Source: Octopus bimaculoides (lineage: Eukaryota). From it: a DNA stretch of 42,836 nucleotides. Each line of letters begins with the position of its first letter. The stretch's first letter is position 1. The translations under genes were made by a program, and so were the position numbers. The stretch is from NCBI RefSeq assembly GCF_001194135.2, contig NC_068985.1, positions 82,704,127 through 82,746,962 on the forward strand, given 5' to 3'. A model generated the notes under the pieces. The model saw only the letters and a list, made by a program, of their open reading frames with translations, was not told where the DNA came from and searched no databases. Below are positions 1 through 11,665 of this stretch, one piece after another.

Positions 1-38
1 TCTTATTCTAGCAGCTACACTTTCAGCGCACCCCCACC

Positions 39-39
<1 letters not shown>

Positions 40-106
<67 letters not shown>
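40..106. repeat. (TA)n/(TG)n compound microsatellite abutting the left end of mariner 1
   Basis: Direct reading of the sequence. Confidence 0.95.
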
Positions 107-1358
107 GCAAAGGTAATGGCTAATTTTAAGGTCTCTATTAAGAATAAAAAAGTCCATGATTAAGACAATATTTATTCATTAACATAATTTTCATTGCTTT
201 CTAGAACTTTATTCCATCTGTCAACAAGCTTATAAATGCCATACTTGTAAAATTGTTTAGGTTTTGATGTGAAATAGGAAACTAACTCATTTTCAATCTC
301 TTCTCTTGATGTCAACCTAAGATCATTCAAACGGTTATGTAGTCTCCCAAACAAGTGATAATCAGAAGGAGCAAGGTCTGGAGAATATGGAGGATGAATC
401 AATATTTCCCATCCAAGCTCTTCAAAGAGATCTTTGGTCAGTCACGCTGTGTGAGGATGAGCAGTATCATGATGGAAGATGATTCCCTTTCTGTTGACTA
501 AGCAGGGTCACTTTCTGTTCAAGGCAGCTTTCAAATGATGAAGTTGATCACAGTAGAGATTAGCAGTAATTTTTGATTGTTGTCTAAAAGTTCATAATGG
601 ACAATTCCTTCAATATTCCACCATACACTCAACATGATCTTCCTTGGATGAAATCCTCCTCTTGGTTGTTGAACAGGTTTTCCTCCTCGACTGATCCACG
701 ATCGGCAACATTTAACATATGGCAAAGGATCCACTTCCCATCACCTGTAACAGGCCTTCCTGAAAATGGTTCCTCAAGGTGTTGTGAAAGCAATGACTGA
801 CAACAAACAACGTGCTGTTGCAGGTTCTCTGGTGACAGGTCGTGTAGGACCCATTTTCCAACCACTGAAATCTTCCTGATCCCTTTCAGTTGGTGCGGGC
901 TACTTTAAACTGTTCTGCAAGTTCTCTACAAGTAGCAGTTGGATTTTCTGTGACAACAGCTTCCAACTCTTTGAATCAAGTTGTTTTGAACGACCTTATT
1001 TTGGCTCATATTTCAAACTCAAATCCCCACTTCTGAAGTGAGAAAACTATCACCTGCAACTTCTTTCACTCACTACATCTTCCCCATAAATCCTCTGAAG
1101 AGGCTTTTCCGCTGTGCTTGCATTGACACATTTATGAAACTCATAGAATAAGACATATCTAATGTGATCTTTAGATGGGACAAATATGGGTGTGAATATA
1201 GCAGAAGATTATGGCCAATACAATCAGAATCTGAAAGAAAAATGTATATATTACTCATTGTGACATTCTCAAAATGTCGTAAGAGGTACAATTTAAAAAA
1301 ATACTATCTAAAACTGTTTTCTAAAAATATCAGCCATTACATTTGCACCAACCTGATA
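106..1358 (-). mobile_element. Decayed near-full-length mariner DNA transposon (mariner 1)
   Basis: Right TIR on the minus strand reads TATCAGGTTGGTGCAAATGTAATGGCTGAT from 1358. Left TIR remnant TGCAAAGGTAATGGCTAAT starts at 106. Length about 1.25 kb; transposase motifs lie between the TIRs. Confidence 0.92.
172..1175 (-). pseudogene. Mariner transposase pseudogene with stops and frameshifts
   Basis: ORF fragments give GKWVLHDLS (WVPHEL-like), VTGDGKW (first catalytic D), RKIMLSVWWNIEGIVHYELL and HPPYSPDLAPSDYHLF. N-terminal KDHIRYVLFYEF lies near 1170. Confidence 0.92.
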
Positions 1359-1460
1359 TATATATATATATATAGTGAGAATTTACAAAATAACAAAGAA
1401 CGAAGAAGAGTGTGTAAACAATAAACAGATGTATTAGTTTAATGCTCAGAAAGTGAGAAA

Positions 1461-1500
1461 GTCTTTTACGTTTCGAGCCTACGCACTTTGACAGAAAGGA
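1461..1500 (-). ncRNA. Degenerate minimal type-I hammerhead-like motif in the PLE1 terminal repeat
   Basis: Minus strand: CTTT-CTGTCAA-A-GTGC-GTAG-GCTC-GAAAC-GTA-AAAG. Helix I is CTTT/AAAG. The core deviates from CUGANGA. Confidence 0.45.
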
Positions 1501-2116
1501 ACACAGAAATAAATAGGGAGAGAAAATAGAAAAAGGTTTAGTGGCTAGAACTCTATAATGGTGAATGCTGGACAGAGGGGTCACACAAGAGAGCTAAGAA
1601 GAAGGAGAGATAATAAAGTAGTGGTGATCCCAAAATGAAGGTGCGCATGCATGTGTATGTGAGTGTGGAAGGGAGCTGGTGACCTTGATGTGTGTGTGTG
1701 TGCATGTGTAGGTGTGTGGATGACAGTGTAGATGCTGGGAAGTGGTCAGTGCTAGTGTGTATGCTGGTGTGGGTACTGAGAAGCGGTCAGTGCTAGTGTG
1801 AATGGAGTGGTGTGATGTGGTGTGGAGTGGTATGGTGTTGTGTGTGTGTGGGGGGGGGTGTAGTATGGTGGTGATAGGGCATGGGGGAGTCCAGAGTGGG
1901 AGAAGCAAGAGTGGGGTCTAATGGATGGGTGGGATGGTGGGGCTGAATGTATAGGGGTAGGGTAATGAGGGAGGGGTGATGATGAAGGGAGAGGGTGGAA
2001 GGGAGAAGTTGAGTAGGAGTGAAGAGAGGAAGTAGGTGCCAGAGCAAGGGAGGAGAGGTGAGAGGAAGTAGGTGTGAGAGGAAAGAGGAGGAGGGTTAGA
2101 TGAAGAGGGAATGAGA

Positions 2117-2775
2117 GTTGAGCCCATGTGGTGCAAAGGAGCGAAGAGAGAGAATAAATTCCTGCTCACGGCAAAGACAGGAGTCTGGATGGCCCCTGTT
2201 CAAGGACAATCTGAACACAGACAAGTGTTGTAAAGAGTGATCAGTAGAGTGGAAATGGCATGAGACCAGGGTGTCATTGTCGAGTCTTGGAGGTGTTCTG
2301 CAAACCAGTCAGCCAAGCGGCATTCCATTTGACTGATGTACAGAGGACAGAGAGAGCAGGAAATGTAGTAGATGACGTTGCTAAAAGTGCAGATGAAGGA
2401 GTCAGTGATATGATAAAGTCAAGGATGGTTGCCTGTGAGGAGGGTGGTGTTGGAGAGGTAAGGGCAAGTGTGGCAGCATGGGCAGGAGTAGGGAATGAGT
2501 CTGGTTGGGAGGTTGGGTTAGGGAAGAAGCTGTGGGCCAAGAGGTGGTGTAGGTTGTGGGCTTGTTTGAAGGAGGGGAGGGGTCAGTTAGGGAAGATGTG
2601 TGAAATGGAGGGATCAGACTGGAGTCGCCAGAAGGCTCGGACTATGGTGCGTTAGAGAGGTAGGGTTGTGGGGACATGGGTGATGGTGGGGTGGTTGCAG
2701 GTGGAAAGAGCAGATGCACGGTCCACAGAACGTGCTCTGACAAGGGCAGTGTGGATAGTGGTGAGGGTCATGGAT
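2117..2775 (-). pseudogene. Penelope-type GIY-YIG endonuclease C-terminal domain, disrupted
   Basis: Manual translation across frameshifts: HIFPN*PLPSFKQAHNLHHLLAHS; CPCCHTCPY; SNVIYYISCSLCPLYISQMECRLADWFAEHLQD; CHFHSTDHS; REQEFILSLRSFAPHGLN. Confidence 0.88.
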
Positions 2776-4112
2776 GAAATGAGTAAAAAAACATATATAC
2801 ACAAACATACACATACAGACATACATGTCCCACCCCAACATATGTGTATATATATAATCTTTTAATGTCCATCTTCCACGCTGGTATCTCTTTCTCTTTC
2901 TCGCTTTTTCACTACACTATATATATATATATATATATATATATTATGCACTGTGCTTAGTTGCATTCACACATGTCCACATGCGCACACATAATACATA
3001 TATTATTTTATCATTTTACTTAAAAATAAACTTTCAGTCACAGAAGCTTATGTATTGAGGATTAGTAAAAGATAATCCAGAACAAGATTGGACAAGTTAT
3101 GATAGAAGTTTCTAGTATCTTTCTGTAAAAACTTCACTCTTGTATTGTATATACATATATTTATATATTTATTTTTCTGGCCTGTCATTTTTAGTCTGTT
3201 CTCCTTCCCACTTAAGTAAGTCTATGTTGTATCATGTTCTACTCAATTTTCTTTAAACATCATCAACAAAACAAGACTAGACAAATCAGTAGATTTATTT
3301 ATTTTTATTATATATATATTTTTTTAAGATCTCATTGGAGTTTATTTTGGTTTGTATTAACCTTTTTTTTTCTTTCATTCTTTTACTTTCCAGGTGTTTG
3401 AATCAGGATATAAAAATATGGTTCTTATGTATTTCACTAAAGTTTCCAATCAAAATATTATCTTCTTTACATTATAAACACTCTTTTAGACTGGATCATC
3501 ATCTTCATTTTAATCATTTTGTTTTTGTCTGTACTATATTTTCATTCTTATGCTCTTTTTTTATATATATCATATATATTTTTTTAATGCTTGACAAAAG
3601 ATTGTTGATGACAAGTCCTAACTAGTCTACAAATTAGTTTAGCATGATTTAATACTAGCCCCCTTCAAAAAAATAAAGGATATATAGATATATACCAATA
3701 ATAACAGAGACCTGAAACAAAAAATAATATTCATATATAAATGGTGCCAAAAATAAATTCATCAAAAATAAAAAGGAAAAACAAAACAAAGCCTTTGAAA
3801 ATAATTATAATCTAATCCATTTCATGTTTAGTATACTGCTCTCGATCTGTTATTGTTTATTTTTGTTTAGTTATCAACAATTAGATTTATTTGTTTTTGT
3901 TCAAGTTCCTATGGTTAATAATTTTGGAATTGATACTGAAATTCCTGGTTTATATCCCAAATTGTTTTCTTTCTTGTCTATTGAAATCTATGCGGCTCTT
4001 TAGCATCTTTTGAGTTCTGCTTTCTGGCCACCTCCCATTGGGTTGAGTGCAAACTGAATCTTTGGTTTTCTTTACTGATTTTTTTTTTTTTTTTCAGAAT
4101 TATACACCACAC

Positions 4113-4256
4113 AAGTATGGCTACATAGATATGAGTTGTCATGAGTTGTTATCAAACTTTGCAGTTCCTTGGACAAGCATTTCCTGCTGTAGCCTCAGGG
4201 TGACCAATGCTTTATTAGTGGATTTGGTAGATAAAAATTCTAGGAAAACTGACACA
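4113..4256 (+). mobile_element. SINE family A, degenerate 5' half
   Basis: CCTTGGACAAG...GTAGCCTCAGGGTGACCAATGCTTT...GTGGATTTGGTAGA aligns to the copies at 6731 and 38281. Confidence 0.65.
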
Positions 4257-4259
4257 CAT

Positions 4260-4295
<36 letters not shown>

Positions 4296-4463
4296 NNNNN
4301 NNNNNNNNNNNNNNNNNNNNNNNNNNNNNNNNNNNNNNNNNNNNNNNNNNNNNNNNNNNNNNNNNNNNNNNNNNNNNNNNNNNNNNNNNNNNNNNNNNNN
4401 NNNNNNNNNNNNNNNNNNNNNNNNNNNNNNNNNNNNNNNNNNNNNNNNNNNNNNNNNNNNNNN

Positions 4464-4494
<31 letters not shown>

Positions 4495-5169
4495 TGTAAT
4501 ATAACGTATGGATTCAGAGAATCATGTAGCTATCACAGAAAGCTACTCCAATGGACTCTGCTAACAGACAGCATAGTAATCCAACACACACACACACACA
4601 CACTTTGATGATGGCTTAGCTAGCCAAAGCATCGAAGTTACTGTCAATTCTACTCTTGTTGAAGAATAATAACTTTGTACTTTAGCTTAAGTATAGAGTA
4701 ACCCTACAATGTAGAATTGCTTCTATTATAGCATAAAAACAAGCATTAATATATGTATGTTATGAGTTTACCCTCATAGCTGTTCTGTGCAGTCAGTTAA
4801 GTCATTCATACTCACTTTGCAATAAAAGCTGTACTGATATTTGGAAAATGAAACAGTGTTTATTACAAAAGTTTGACTGTTCTGTACTTGAGCCAAGTTC
4901 ATAATTCTACTTACATAATTATGTTTACTCACATAATTCTATTTACAACAGTTTATCTATTAGAGAGCATCCATCAATCTAACTGGAAATTTAACTAATG
5001 ATAGGCAAACGTTATTTCTTAAGAAAGGTCTGCATTTCATGTATGTAACAATAGAGAAAATAGAGATAAATTTCCATCTCAAGCATGATTGTAGATGGTG
5101 ACAAGAATTACTTATTATTGAAGTGACATGTTTGATTGCACTTCAGCTAAACTAGCTCACAAAAAGGCC

Positions 5170-5480
5170 AGAAACTGAGCATAGTGTATGAAGTTAAGGT
5201 CACTTCATTTTACCTGTATCTAATGAGAAACTGAAGTGGATATACTAAATTATAAAGTTGAACTAACTGTATTTTACCTGTATTTAATGAGAAACTGTAT
5301 TAGATATTTTAAATTGTATATTTAGCTCAATTTGTTTTACCAATATTTAATGAGAAACTGAACTAGATATTGTAAATTATGAAGCTAAGGTAACTTTACC
5401 TGTATTTAATAAGAATCTCTACAAGATATTGTAAATTATAAAATTATGATGTCCTTGTTTTACCTGTACTTAATGAGGCC
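5170..5480. repeat. Minisatellite, unit about 63 bp, about 5 copies
   Basis: TTTACC(TGTA)..TAATGAGAAACTG motif recurs at 5211, 5275, 5338, 5397 and 5461 (spacings 64, 63, 59, 64). Confidence 0.85.
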
Positions 5481-5867
5481 TGGCTAGAAATTTCATCCCA
5501 AATTTCCTTCAACTCACATCCTATGGTCTTAAAAAATGTAAGAATACATTCAGCAACATAATGGCAGCGAAAAAACAAGACACAATAGTTATGGTTGGAA
5601 TACCTTTGACTAATTGCTGACTTGGAGATATACACCAGGAAGAGAATTAGTTCTTGTACAACAGTCAATCCCCCCATTTCAATATTAACCATCCTGTTTC
5701 TCCTGATCCTTCTGATAAAGAGGCTATGTATGACTGTTTCAGTATACTGGTCAAATTTAGACAATAGTTTTTGCTCTAAATACTGGATTTGTAATTTCCA
5801 ATTACTTGGTTGTTTGGGTTGAGAGTTCACTTTTAGGCATACTGTTTCAAATTCTATTTGACTGCAT

Positions 5868-5962
5868 GATACTCTGGGCAAGTGTTTTCTACTATAGATT
5901 CAGTCTGACCAATGCCTTATGAGTGGAGTTGCCAGACATAAACTGTATGGAAGTCCGTCATA
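5868..5962 (+). mobile_element. SINE family A internal fragment
   Basis: GGGCAAGTGTTTTCTACTATAG...GACCAATGCCTTATGAGTGGA matches the family core. Confidence 0.7.
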
Positions 5963-5980
5963 TATGCATATATCTTTGAT

Positions 5981-6302
5981 CTTTTACCAGTTTCAGTCAT
6001 TAGACTGTGGCCATGCTGGGGCACCACCTTGAATTTTTAGTTGAATGAATCAACCCCAGTGCTTATTTTTTAAGCCTGGTACTTATTTTATCGGTCTCTT
6101 TTGCAGGACTGCTAAGTTATGGGGATGTAAACACACACCAACATTAAATGGTGATGGGTGGGAGACAAACACAGACACACACACATAGATATATATGCAT
6201 ATATATATATATATGCGAGTAAAAATAAATACAAAAAAAGGGGGTTTTTGTATGATTGTGTATAGAGGAATATATTATTTTGTTTGGAACTCTTTTAAAC
6301 AA

Positions 6303-6339
<37 letters not shown>

Positions 6340-6506
6340 CATATGATAGGCTTCTTTCAGTTTCTGTCTACCAAATCCACTCACAAAGCTTTGGTTGGCC
6401 TGAAGCTATAGCAGAAGACACTTGCCCAAGGTTCCACACAGTGGGATTGAACTCAGAACCATGTGGATGGAAAGCAAACTTCTTACCACACATCCACTCC
6501 TGTGCC
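5981..6506 (-). mobile_element. Full-length SINE family A (tRNA-like head, central microsatellite)
   Basis: Reverse complement of the layout at 30534-30970; B-box-like GAGTTCAATCCC in the head. Confidence 0.88.
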
Positions 6507-6730
6507 TATATATGTGTATGTGTGTGTGTATGTACGCATAGATTGTTTGTAGTTGTGTACAGTTTTTACATATTAAGGAAAAGAGGTAGTCAGAATTTTT
6601 GGATAATTATTTATTAACACTTTCATCTTGTTTGTTTCCAAGACTCATCAGATATATTTTTACAGAAAATTTTATATATTTTATATAAATCTGGAAGAGA
6701 CTGTAATTTTGTTATCTGTATGTGGGTATA

Positions 6731-6863
6731 GGTGCAGGAGTGGCTGTGTGGTAAATAGCTTGCTTGCCAACCACATGGTTCTGGGTTCAGTCCCACTGCG
6801 TGGCACCTTGGGCAAGTGTATTCTACTATAGCCTCAGGCCGACCAAAGCCTTGTGAGTGGATT
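6731..6863 (+). mobile_element. SINE family A 5' part with Pol III A and B boxes
   Basis: TGGCTGTGTGG (A-box-like) and GGTTCAGTCCC (B-box-like), followed by CCTTGGGCAAGTGT. Confidence 0.88.
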
Positions 6864-7004
6864 CTGCTATTTCCAATCAAAATATTTTTTGTCCATGGTC
6901 AGACTTGTTTCCACACAATAAACAACACCACTTGTGTGACATACATTTACAACTACCACACAATGTCAAGACAAGGACAGGCACATGCATAAAGTGAGCA
7001 TCGT

Positions 7005-7100
7005 CCAATTTCCATCTTCCAAGTCTACTCACAAGGCCTTAGTTGGCCAGGGGCTATAATAGAAGACACTTGCTCATGGTACCATGTAGTGGGGCTGAAT
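7005..7100 (-). mobile_element. SINE family A fragment
   Basis: ACTCACAAGGCCTTAGTTGGCC...AGAAGACACTTGCTC. Confidence 0.7.
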
Positions 7101-7590
7101 CTATTGCCATCTTCTAATTGCATCCCAATCCTACAACCCATCCCACTCCAAAGTTTGGTTTATTCTTGAAGGAAGGAAAGCAAAGTTAGGGTACATAACT
7201 GACTGCCAATCATTTCTGCCACTCTGTGATACTAATATACAGCTTTCTGCCTTCTGGCCGTAGTGATTCTCAGCATACTATAAGTCCTGCAGAAGTGGGA
7301 CACATACCTTTAGTATTCAAGATAATGAAAAAAAACAAAAAAAAACTAGAGTAATTTTGTACATAATATTACCAGCAATCCAGTGTAAAGGGAACCAAAG
7401 GTATAATCCTAGGTATTATGATAAAGCTAGCAACAAAGCTAGTTGTTTTCCTTTGTATTTATACTTTTAAAAAAGGAGTACAGATCTTTGTTGTCGTGAA
7501 GGCCCTGGCAATGCTTTGTTGAGGATGGTGGCACATTGGGAGTAGAGAAGAAAATTCAAAATAGATAAATGATAATAATAATAATAATAA

Positions 7591-7803
7591 TACTTTCTAC
7601 TGTAGGTACCTGAAATTTTGGTTGGAATGGGGCTAGTTGATTACATTGACCCTAATGCTTAACTGGTACTCATTTTATCAACCCCCAAAAGGCTGAAAAG
7701 AAAAAAATCAGCTTTGGCAGAATTTGAACTCAGAATGTAAAGCCAGAACAAAATGCTGCTAAGCATTTTTTTCTGGCATGCTAAAGATTCTGTCAGCTTG
7801 CCA
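7591..7803 (-). mobile_element. SINE family B, copy 1 of a 5-copy chain
   Basis: Aligns to 12954-13169; GAATTTGAACTC is the B box on the minus strand. Confidence 0.85.
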
Positions 7804-7847
7804 TTGTAGTAGTAGTAGTAGTCGTAAGAAGAACAACAGCAATACTA

Positions 7848-8033
7848 ATCCTTTCTGTTATAGGCACAAGGTCTGAAATTTTGGGTTGGAAAGGCAAATC
7901 AATTACATTGACCCTAGTGTTAAAAGGATGGAAAGCACAGTCAACCTTGGCAGAATTTGAAGTCAGAATGTAAAGACAGACAAACAGTTAAGCATTTTCT
8001 CCAGTACACTGAAAGATTCTGCTGGCTTGCCAT
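7848..8033 (-). mobile_element. SINE family B, copy 2 of chain
   Basis: Aligns to 12954-13169. Confidence 0.85.
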
Positions 8034-8076
8034 CTTTTTAATAATAATAATAATGATCATAATGATAATAATAATA

Positions 8077-8290
8077 ATTCTTTCTACTATAGGCACAAGG
8101 CCTGAAATTTGAGGGAGGGGGACAGTTGATTACATCAACCCCAGTACTCAACTGGTATTTATTATATCGACCCTGAAAGGATGAAAAGCAAAGTCCATCC
8201 CAACGGAATTTGAATTCAGAACGTGAAGACAGACAAAATACTGCTAATCATTTTGCCCGGCATACTAATGATTTTACTAACTCACCACCT
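8077..8290 (-). mobile_element. SINE family B, copy 3 of chain
   Basis: Aligns to 12954-13169. Confidence 0.87.
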
Positions 8291-8303
8291 TAATAGTAAT
8301 AAC

Positions 8304-8507
8304 AATCCTTTCTACTATAGCCACAAGGCCTGAAATGTTGGGGGAGTGCATTAGTCAGTTACATCAACCCCAGTGCATAACTGGAACTTACTTCATTGAC
8401 CTTGAAAGGATAAAAGACAAAGTTGACCATAACGGAATTTGAACTCTGAAAGTAAGGATGGATGAAATGGCTCTAACCATTTTCTCTGGTGTGCTAACAA
8501 TTCTGCT
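8304..8507 (-). mobile_element. SINE family B, copy 4 of chain
   Basis: Aligns to 12954-13169. Confidence 0.85.
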
Positions 8508-8553
8508 TTAATAATAAGAATAACAATAATAGCAATTATAAAAATGATGATGA

Positions 8554-8786
8554 TGGTTTCTAATTTATGGCAAAGAAAAAGCCAGCAATTTTAAGAGCAG
8601 GGGTAAGTTGAATACATCGTTTCCCATTGTTCAGCAGGTACTTATTTTATTAACCTTGAAAGGACAAAAAAAGAAAAAAAGGTAAAATGTCTAGTTGAAA
8701 TTGACAGAATTTGAACCCAGAAATTAATGAGCTAGAAGAAATGCCACAAAGAATTTTATCTGGCTTGCTACGAATTCCACCAGATC
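8554..8786 (-). mobile_element. SINE family B, copy 5 of chain (variant 3' end, more diverged)
   Basis: GGTACTTATTTTATTAACC and GAATTTGAACCCAG; 3' end resembles the copy at 23293. Confidence 0.72.
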
Positions 8787-10018
8787 AATAATAATAAGAA
8801 TATATTAAATTTATGCAACAGAAATAATTGACATATGCTCCAAGGTGTGTTGTTGCACAACAGCAATATTAACAAATATTGATAAAAATTGTTCAATATA
8901 CAGCAGAATGAAAGCATCTGTTTGTAGATAGTGAAAAATATTTATTTTATCTACATGTAGATACATATATACATATGAGAATTTATAAAAAAACAAAGAC
9001 GACGATGGGTGTGCAAACAGACTCTGAAATATACATATATGAGTGTGTATGTGTGTCTAGACACACGGTGACACATACACACGCACACACACATACATAC
9101 AATCATAAATGTATTTGCTTGTATCTATCAGTATTCATATAATAACACATGCTCACCCCCTCCACACACATACATATATATGCATATATATATATACACA
9201 TGTACACACACACACATGTATATATATTTGTAAATATATATCTATGTACACTTCTATATCTCTGTGTCCACATATATATTCATGCATGCATATGTGAATT
9301 TACACATCCACACATTCAGGTATGTATATCTGAATGCATACCTGTGTAAATACGTGTGTATGTGTATTTTCATATACATATTGTCACCAATAGGTAAGTT
9401 TGGTATAGCGAGCATATGCTTGCTGCTAATATCTGTGTAAAGCCACATCATTCAAACAATATCTTTATTCAGTAACAAGTGATAGATGATGGAGCAGTTT
9501 GATTAAACAATAATATATGTTCTCTCATAGACTATTCTGATAATATGTGATACCTTTATTAATTCACTGTCATGCAGAAAGAAAAGTTAACAAAAGTAGT
9601 CAACTAGGACAGCATGCATGTGTGACAGAAGTGAAATGGCCACCAGCAGTAGTAGATAAAGTATCAGATCGATGACTTCGGGGTCACAAGTGTTTGTTAT
9701 CATTTTTGTAGGCGTTGTTTTCTATTACTGTTATATTTGTTCCATTCTAACATACATGAAATTATGATCCTAGCAGAGAGCTGATATGTGGTTCACTATT
9801 GAAAACTGTTGTTGAGCATGTTGTTCAGATTAATCTGATTGGTTGTTGTTTTGACCCAGGCCAGCAGCCTCAGGGACTTTCCAGACATGGCTATTTCAAT
9901 TTTTTTTTTTAAAGACGGTATATTCAGGACTAGTTGATATTATCTAAAATGTTCTTTTTAAAATTGGTGGAGTAAGATTTGCAGGAGATTTAACTGCTGA
10001 TTCAGCAACCATATAGAG

Positions 10019-10705
10019 CAAGGTGTCAAACTCATCGGATTTTGTGTGCTGCAGTGCAGTATAAACTAGATATCTGAGGCTGTATACAGAAAATTATTTC
10101 TAAAAGCCCTATTCATATTGTAGGCCAAAGTATATGGATAAAGAAGTCAATATACACTATAACAATAACGAAAGCAAAGTATAGGAGGTGTTAACAAAGG
10201 TTCTATACAGAAATGTGCGATAAAATTCTCTCCCACATGGTATATGTATATGTACAGTCCTATTTAGTAAGAATCCTTAGAGTGAGAATGGAGATTGAAG
10301 CTGATCAAATGAATGCATATAATTTTTGAACAAACCAATGCTGGATAGAAAGCTTGCACTGTTTCTGTTGCAGAACCTTAGATTATTATTGCTATCAATA
10401 GAATGTATTTGGACTAATGTGTATGAATTTTTTTTTAATGGTTTTCTCTATGGCTTTGGCTTATATAGACAAAGTGAAAGAGAAATGGGTCACATCTGTT
10501 CATATATGGATTGAATATTTTCAGTAGTTGAGATGGAAATTTACCTACAATGCACTGATTTCATTAACCAGAACTGACATTCATTATAGCTCTAACTGCA
10601 CCCTGAACACATTTTAGAATTATATATTTTGCAGAATATTTTAAAATTGATAATATTTTTCTTACAAAATTGAACTGAAGGCTGAAAACCTATTTAACAC
10701 CCCTG
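10019..10705. mobile_element. Non-autonomous hAT (Charlie-like) element
   Basis: Termini CAAGGTGTCAAAC and TTTAACACCCCTG are imperfect inverted repeats. 8-bp flanks ATATAGAG and ACTTAGAG match at 6 of 8 positions. Confidence 0.6.
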
Positions 10706-11665
10706 ACTTAGAGTCTCCCTTGTTGGCTGAGTTAAGCTGACTCTTGTTAGAGAGGTGGTTAATCAAATGATGCATTTATTTTGTAATTTTATTCATAACA
10801 TTCTGTTTCATTTCTTGTTATGTCTTTCTTGAGCATAAATCCTGAGATTGAATCCAGAGATTTATTCCTCAATGCAGTGCAAAACTTTTCATAGTTTTGG
10901 ATCTTCAAGTGTAACCCTAGTCCCAAGGTTTATTCTCTGTTTAGTTGCATGACTGCTTATATGAAGAGAGCCACTTCATACACAATGGTAATTTTTTTCA
11001 AAAAAATAATCCAGCTTAAACATAAACTCTGGTTTGTTATGATTCTGTATTTTAGTATTGTTGAGTGGTAGACTTTGCCTTTCCTCTCTTCAAGGATAAA
11101 CTAAACTTTGGAGTGAATTGGGATGAGGGAATGGAGTGCAATTAGTTATCCACCTTCTTTTCTTGCAGAATTGTGCCATTGTCAGGAATAGATAAAATTC
11201 AAATCTATTTCCATATTGAAAATTTTCAAACAGTTTTTTCTTACTGTTCCTTGTTATAATTAGAATTATTTCCATATGCATCAATTTTCCAGAACCCTTG
11301 GTTCAAAAGTTTTTCCAGATTAGTGGTCACCTTGTTTAACACTCCCTAAGTTAAGCAAATATTTAAAATTACTTAAACAACTGAATGAAATACAGGGACC
11401 TATACGTAAGTATAACTGATACATGTTCATAAACACTGTACTGTGCAAGGTACCAGTAAATTAGTCTGATGGCTGCAGGAATTTGAAGTCCCTGCCCATG
11501 AATTAGTATTGATTATAAGAGGTTCTGGACCATCAGTTTCTGGGAAGTTGGAGTTGCACCTGTATAACAGGTACCAGTTATATGCTGAGGCCAGTGCTAT
11601 AGACTGCACACCATCTTCTTCCACTCTTGCAAATTTGTAGCTTTGTTTCAATTTACAGAAACAAT

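Larger units (their letters stand above)
1375..2780 (-). mobile_element. 5'-truncated Penelope-like element remnant (PLE1)
   Basis: GIY-YIG coding remnant at 2117-2775, then a low-complexity 3' region. Terminus GTAAATTCTCAC runs into (TA)n. The terminal ~150 bp is homologous to 13330-13488. Confidence 0.85.

Noticed and set aside
1594-2169. His/Thr/Pro-rich minus-strand ORFs and G-rich runs with G-quadruplex potential
   Set aside because: Low-complexity 3' region of PLE1; no domain signal and nothing beyond composition.
4047-4256. Strong-looking acceptor (T-run plus CAG) followed by an open frame
   Set aside because: The downstream sequence is a decayed SINE-A, not an exon.
6731-6800. tRNA-like A and B boxes
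   Set aside because: They are SINE heads without an acceptor stem or cloverleaf; no true tRNA gene was found in the window.
7591-8786. Repeat-spacer-like periodicity suggestive of a CRISPR array
   Set aside because: The repeats are ~200-bp diverged SINEs with microsatellite linkers in eukaryotic DNA, with no cas genes.
11427-11651. Complex sequence open on both strands (YKFARVEEDG... on minus; EFEVPAHELV... on plus)
   Set aside because: No recognisable family and only mediocre splice signals; cannot be supported without RNA data.
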